A DNA stretch of 64,000 bases from a bacterium (lineage in GTDB: Bacteria > Krumholzibacteriota > Krumholzibacteriia > G020349025), in assembly GCA_031362565.1 (NCBI GenBank), contig JANLSU010000106.1:63031-127030 (forward strand), given 5' to 3'. The translations under genes were made by a program, and so were the position numbers. Numbering within the stretch: the first letter of the stretch is position 1; every line of letters starts with the position of its first letter. The notes below the pieces were generated by a model that saw nothing but the letters and a program-made list of their open reading frames with translations, searched no databases and was not told the origin of the DNA. Positions 59,392-64,000 of the stretch are shown piece by piece.

Positions 59392-59974
59392 GCCTTTGCC
59401 CCCGCCGCAGTCTGGAACCATCGCGCCGGTGGCAACGCCGGGTGCGGCGACGTTGCGCCGCGGCACGGCACTGCGGACGCGCATCGCGCTCTACGCTGCG
59501 GCGGCGACGGTGCTCTTCGTCGTCGAGCGCGCGTTGCCGAATCCGGTGCCATGGGTGCGGCTCGGGCTCGCCAACGTCGTGACACTGGTGGCGCTTCTTG
59601 AGCACGGTGCCGGGCCCGCCGCGGCGGTCGTGGCGTTGCGCTTGCTGCTCGGCGGATTCTTCACCGGCGGCCTGTTCGGCCCGCAGTTCGCGCTCGCCGT
59701 CGCCGGCGCGACCGCCAGTTGGTTCATCATGACGGCCGGGGTATGGTTCGGCGGGCGGTACTGGAGTCCGCTCGGGCTCTCCTTGCTCGGCGCGAGCGCC
59801 CACGCCGTGGCGCAAATTGCGATCGCCGGGCCACTCGTGGCGGGCGGCGCATCGCTGTGGGCCTTGCTGCCGTTGTTTCTCGGCTTGTCGATCGCCACTG
59901 GGATCGTCACCGGCCTCGCGGCCGATGCCTTGTTGCGGCGGCTCGACGTAGCGCGCGGCGTGCCCGGGCCTTGA
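59375..59974 (+). CDS. Gx transporter / heptaprenyl diphosphate synthase component I family
   Basis: ERALPNPVPWVRLGLANVV, SPLGLSLLGASAHAVAQ. Confidence 0.88.
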   Translation: MPSPTEPLPPPQSGTIAPVATPGAATLRRGTALRTRIALYAAAATVLFVVERALPNPVPWVRLGLANVVTLVALLEHGAGPAAAVVALRLLLGGFFTGGLFGPQFALAVAGATASWFIMTAGVWFGGRYWSPLGLSLLGASAHAVAQIAIAGPLVAGGASLWALLPLFLGLSIATGIVTGLAADALLRRLDVARGVPGP

Positions 59975-60054
59975 CCGCAGCGCGGGCCGGCGCTACCGTC
60001 GCCGGGTTCGCGAGCGCTCTCCGCGCGCCGGACTTCCCGCACGAAAGGTCCGTC

Positions 60055-60405
60055 TTGGCCCTGACCCCGCGTCAGCTCGCCCTCAGAGCCGTTGAACTCG
60101 CCCAAAGCAAGAAGGCCGAAGACATCGTGCTGGTCGATCTCCGCAAAGTCACCAACTTCGCGGAGTTCTTCGTGATCTGTACGGCGCGGTCCGACACTCA
60201 AGTGCAAGCGGTCGCCGCCGCCATCACCGACGGTCTGGCCGCCATCAAGCACAAGGTCTGGCACTCCGAAGGCTTCGAAGGCCGGAGCTGGGTGCTGCTC
60301 GACTACGTCGACATCGTGGTACACGTTTTCCTGCCGGAAACACGCGGCCACTACTCGCTCGAGCGGTTGTGGGGCGACGCGCCGCAGGAAAGCTTCCCGG
60401 ACTGA
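60055..60405 (+). CDS. rsfS: Ribosome silencing factor (Iojap)
   Basis: KKAEDIVLVDL, FVICTARSDTQV, WVLLDYVDIVVHVF, YSLERLWGD. Confidence 0.96.
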   Translation: MALTPRQLALRAVELAQSKKAEDIVLVDLRKVTNFAEFFVICTARSDTQVQAVAAAITDGLAAIKHKVWHSEGFEGRSWVLLDYVDIVVHVFLPETRGHYSLERLWGDAPQESFPD

Positions 60406-60421
60406 CACCGGAGATCGCAAG

Positions 60422-62134
60422 TTGGTCAAGGAACAGATCCAAGCCATCGTCGAGGACGTGCTGCGAACGATGGGCCTCGATCCAGGCGGCCGCGTCCAAG
60501 TGGATGCGCCGCGCGACCGCAAGCATGGCGACTTCAGCACCAACGTCGCGTTGTTGCTCGCCAAACGCGCCGGCCGCGCCCCCGCCGAACTGGCGCAAGA
60601 CATCATGGCGCGGCTCGGCGAACGTGCCGATCTCGAAGCCGACGTGTCTCTGGCGGGGCCGGGATTCATCAACTTCACGTTGCACGACGGCAGTGCCGCC
60701 CGCGCCTTGCGGGAATTGCTGGGGCGCGGTGCCGATCCCGGCCGCTCCGAAGCCGGGCGTGGGTTGCGCATGCAGATCGAGTTCGTGAGCGCCAATCCGA
60801 CCGGCCCGCTCAACGTCGTGAGCGCGCGCGCCGCCGCCTATGGCAGCACGCTCGCCCGCATGCTGCGGGCGGCAGGCTACGCCTGCGACACCGAGTTCTA
60901 TGTCAACGATGCCGGCAAGCAGGTGGAACTGTTGGGTGGCTCGGTGCGGGCGCGGTTCGCGGCCGGCCACGGCGTGCAAGAGCCGGTGCCGGAAGGCGGT
61001 TATCAGGGTGAGTACGTTCGCGACTTGGCAGCACTCGTTCCGGAGGCCGACGGGCGCCGCTGGATGGCTGAGCCGGTCGCTCGGAGCTGGCACTCTTTCG
61101 GTGCATTCGCCGTCGAGCGCGTGCTCGAGTGGCAGCGCGCCGATCTCGCCAAGTTCGGCGTCGAGTTCGACCGCTGGTACCGTGAGACGGAACTGCACGC
61201 CGATGGCCGGGTGCTGGCGGCGCTCGCCGAACTCGAGCTACAGGGCCACGTCTATGCCGATGCCGGCGCGAAACATTTTCGCAGTACGACATGGGGCGAC
61301 GACAAAGATCGTGTCGTCGTCCGCTCGGACGGCACGCCGACCTATTTCCTGGCCGACGTGGCGTACCACCGCGACAAGCACGAGCGCGGCTACGCGCGTG
61401 TCATCGATGTGTGGGGGCCGGATCATCACGGCCACATCCCGCGCATGCAGGCCGTGGCGCAGGCGCTCGGCTATGGCGCCGACTGGCTCGAGGTCATCAT
61501 TATTCAATGGGTCAAGCTCATCGAGAGCGGCCATGCCGTGAAGATGTCGAAACGCGCCGGGCAACTCGTGACGCTGGCGGATCTGATTTCCGAGGTCGAC
61601 CCCGATGTCGCGAAGTATTTCTTCTTGATGCGGCAGCAGAGTTCGCATCTCGACTTCGACTTAGGACTGGCGCTCGAGACGAGTGACGAAAACCCGGTGT
61701 ACTACGTCAAGTACGCCCACGCCCGCATTTGCAGTGTGATTGCTAGAGCAGCGGCGGCGGGGCTCGAACTCGTGGGGCCCGGCGCGACCGGGCCGCGGCC
61801 CGAAGATGCACCGCTCGAGCGCTTGCAAGCACCGGAGGAAACGGAGCTCGCCAAGCTGCTCGTCGATTTCCCGTCCTTCGTAGCGCGCGCCGCAGCAGCC
61901 CGTGAACCGCATCGCTTGACCAGCTATTGCGATGACGTGGCGCGGGCATTTCATCGTTTCTATCACGAACACCGGATTCTGCAAGACGATCGTGAACTGG
62001 CGTTGGCCCGGCTCGGGCTGTGTCACGCGACACGGCGGGTGCTGGCGCACGCGCTCGGACTCATGTCGATCGCCGCACCCGAGTCCATGGAACGCTCCGG
62101 CGTGAAGCAGGACGAAATAGGGGAGACATCGTGA
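60422..62134 (+). CDS. argS: Arginine--tRNA ligase
   Basis: HGDFSTNVA, EFVSANPTGPL, YVNDAG, KMSKRAG, YVKYAHARI. Confidence 0.97.
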   Translation: MVKEQIQAIVEDVLRTMGLDPGGRVQVDAPRDRKHGDFSTNVALLLAKRAGRAPAELAQDIMARLGERADLEADVSLAGPGFINFTLHDGSAARALRELLGRGADPGRSEAGRGLRMQIEFVSANPTGPLNVVSARAAAYGSTLARMLRAAGYACDTEFYVNDAGKQVELLGGSVRARFAAGHGVQEPVPEGGYQGEYVRDLAALVPEADGRRWMAEPVARSWHSFGAFAVERVLEWQRADLAKFGVEFDRWYRETELHADGRVLAALAELELQGHVYADAGAKHFRSTTWGDDKDRVVVRSDGTPTYFLADVAYHRDKHERGYARVIDVWGPDHHGHIPRMQAVAQALGYGADWLEVIIIQWVKLIESGHAVKMSKRAGQLVTLADLISEVDPDVAKYFFLMRQQSSHLDFDLGLALETSDENPVYYVKYAHARICSVIARAAAAGLELVGPGATGPRPEDAPLERLQAPEETELAKLLVDFPSFVARAAAAREPHRLTSYCDDVARAFHRFYHEHRILQDDRELALARLGLCHATRRVLAHALGLMSIAAPESMERSGVKQDEIGETS

Positions 62135-63066
62135 CCGCGCAACCCATCTTGCTCGTCGGCTCCGTGGCCCTCGATGAATTGCATACGCCGGCCGGCTCGT
62201 TGCACGATGCGTTCGGCGGTTCGGCATCCTATTTTGCGCTGGCGGCGCGCTTCTTCGCTCCCGTGCGCCTGGTCGCCGTGGTGGGTTCCGATTTTCCACC
62301 GGCGCACCGGCAATTGCTGGAGACGGCCGGCGTCGACCTCCGGGGTCTCGAGGTCGCCGAGGGTCCCTGTTTCCGCTGGGGCGGCCGCTACGGCGAAGAT
62401 CTCAACACGCGCGAAACGCTGTTCACGAACCTGGGAGTGTTCGAACACTTTCACCCGAAGGTTCCGGAAGGCTACCGCCAGAGCCCGTTCGTCTTCTTGG
62501 GCAACATTCACCCGTCGCTGCAAAAGGAAGTGCTGGCGCAGATCGATTCTCCGCGCTTGGTGGCGCTCGACACGATGAACCTCTGGATCGAAACCGCTCG
62601 CGCCGAACTCCTGGACGTGCTGCGGAAGGTCGACCTCTTGGTGGTCAACGATGGCGAGGCCCGGCAACTGACCGGCGAATCCAACGTCGTCCGCGCCGGC
62701 CGGCGGCTCCTCGAACTCGGGCCCAAGACGATCGTGATCAAAAAGGGCGAGCATGGTGCGGCGCTCTTCGCCTCCGGAGGCACGTTCGCGGTCCCCGCCG
62801 TGCCGCTCGAGCACGTTGTGGATCCCACCGGCGCCGGCGACAGTTTCGCCGGCGGCCTCATCGGTTCCCTCGCCGTGAGCGGCGACTTGGGCGATGCCGC
62901 GTTGCGGCGGGCGATTGCCTGTGGTTCCGTATTGGCCAGCTTCACGGTGCAGGACTTCGGCGTCGCCCGCCTGCAAAGCGTCACGCGGCACGAACTTGCG
63001 GCGCGCTACGAAGAACTGCGTCATCTGACGCATTTTGACTCCGCAGCACCCTTCGCGACCGTTTGA
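62131..63066 (+). CDS. PfkB family carbohydrate/nucleoside kinase
   Basis: VGSVALD, GGSASY, KKGEHGA, DPTGAGDSFAGG. Confidence 0.92.
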   Translation: MTAQPILLVGSVALDELHTPAGSLHDAFGGSASYFALAARFFAPVRLVAVVGSDFPPAHRQLLETAGVDLRGLEVAEGPCFRWGGRYGEDLNTRETLFTNLGVFEHFHPKVPEGYRQSPFVFLGNIHPSLQKEVLAQIDSPRLVALDTMNLWIETARAELLDVLRKVDLLVVNDGEARQLTGESNVVRAGRRLLELGPKTIVIKKGEHGAALFASGGTFAVPAVPLEHVVDPTGAGDSFAGGLIGSLAVSGDLGDAALRRAIACGSVLASFTVQDFGVARLQSVTRHELAARYEELRHLTHFDSAAPFATV

Positions 63067-63081
63067 ACCAATGGTCCAGCG

Positions 63082-63110
63082 TTGAGGGTTCGCTCCGCAT
63101 CTGCTACAAT
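63082..63110 (+). promoter_or_regulatory. sigma70 promoter TTGAGG-17-TACAAT with extended TG
   Basis: Canonical spacing, upstream of SD AAGGA and GTG 63161. Confidence 0.6.
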
Positions 63111-63160
63111 CGAAGTCCGCGCGCTGCCATCGGCATTGTCCATTCGCAAGGAATTGCATC

Positions 63161-63832
63161 GTGCTCAACCACGAGGTCGAAGAACTCGTTCGCCGGGTGC
63201 CGGACGTCCTCGCGTGTCGGCTCCGCACCGATGAAACCGGTGCGGTGGTGGCGATGTTCGTGACCGCCTCGAGCGCCCGTTCCGCCACCGAAGTTGCCGT
63301 CGATGTCATCACGGTGCTGGCCGCCGAAGCGCGGCTCGACGTCGACCTTTCCCGGGTGCACGTGACGCAGCTCGGGGCCACGGAAGAGGCGGGCCTGGGC
63401 GGGCTCGAAGAACTCGAGCACGAAGTCCGGCCGCGTCTCATCTCGGTGCACACCGACACTTCGGCGGAATGGACCCGCGTCGAAGTCGAACTCGGACTCG
63501 GCATGGAAACGGCTGTCGGCCGGGCCCAATGCCGCGGTGCCGGCGCTGCCCCCGAACTGCTCGCGGCCGCCGTTCTCGACTCGCTCGAAAAACTCTGCGG
63601 CGAGCGCGTCACACTCCGCCTTCTCTCGGTCGAACGCGTCACGCACGGCACGCACGAAATCGTCAGCGTCGTCGTCCAAGAAGCCGACGGCCGCGACGCC
63701 CGCGTCCATGTCGGCGCGGCGCGTTCCGACGGCGACGTCGCCCGCGCGGCGGCCTATGCTGCTCTCGCGGCCATGAACCGCCGCATCGGCCGCATCCTAG
63801 CCGGTCCGAGCAAGCACTACCGCATCGCGTAA
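63161..63832 (+). CDS. Hypothetical protein, C-terminus resembling the LeuA allosteric domain
   Basis: Own promoter and SD; AAVLDSL...VSVVV...VGAA..DVARAAAYAALAAMNR. Confidence 0.65.
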   Translation: MLNHEVEELVRRVPDVLACRLRTDETGAVVAMFVTASSARSATEVAVDVITVLAAEARLDVDLSRVHVTQLGATEEAGLGGLEELEHEVRPRLISVHTDTSAEWTRVEVELGLGMETAVGRAQCRGAGAAPELLAAAVLDSLEKLCGERVTLRLLSVERVTHGTHEIVSVVVQEADGRDARVHVGAARSDGDVARAAAYAALAAMNRRIGRILAGPSKHYRIA

Positions 63833-64000
63833 ACCCCACCGGACCGGATCTTGGTGCACCACATTGCGCATGGCGCGGTGGTGGGGCGGCGCGGGGACGC
63901 ATGGGGGTGGGCTCGCGGCCGTTCGCCGACCTCCTGTCGGCTCTCTCCCTCGCTCGTCGCCTCTCGGCCCTCCAGGCCTTCGGCTCCTCTCGACTCGCCC

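Overview
GC-rich bacterial chromosomal window with about 47 CDSs, all on the + strand and mostly translationally coupled. FlgD-type C-terminal domains and PorV-like barrels suggest an FCB-group diderm such as Latescibacterota, Krumholzibacteriota or Eisenbacteria; this is inference only. Housekeeping genes include ppdK, purD, purE, tsaC, ilvE, nrdR, tatC, prkA-yeaH-spoVR, a polyprenyl synthase, rsfS and argS. The envelope-rich accessory half holds four things of note. (1) A putative alpha-glucan outer-membrane module: a DOMON-like/FlgD protein, a PorV-like barrel, two more barrels (one with a CBM48/AMPK-type domain) and a CBM48 lipoprotein. (2) A ~3290-aa Ig-repeat surface protein with a FlgD C-terminus, followed by a PorV-like barrel-TPR protein, an all-in-one membrane partner-switching protein (RsbW kinase-TM-sensor-HAMP-SpoIIE-transposase-like HTH-3xSTAS), an orphan ParA and a STAS protein. 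This is the best candidate for an undescribed system. (3) A lamin-tail/barrel/HhH-barrel trio, and a nucleoside ABC transporter with a 5'-nucleotidase. (4) A ~95-nt candidate sRNA on the minus strand with a sigma54 promoter, an IHF-like site and a C-rich terminator loop. No rRNA, tRNA, CRISPR array or intact mobile element was seen. All calls come from motifs read by eye; no database searches were run.
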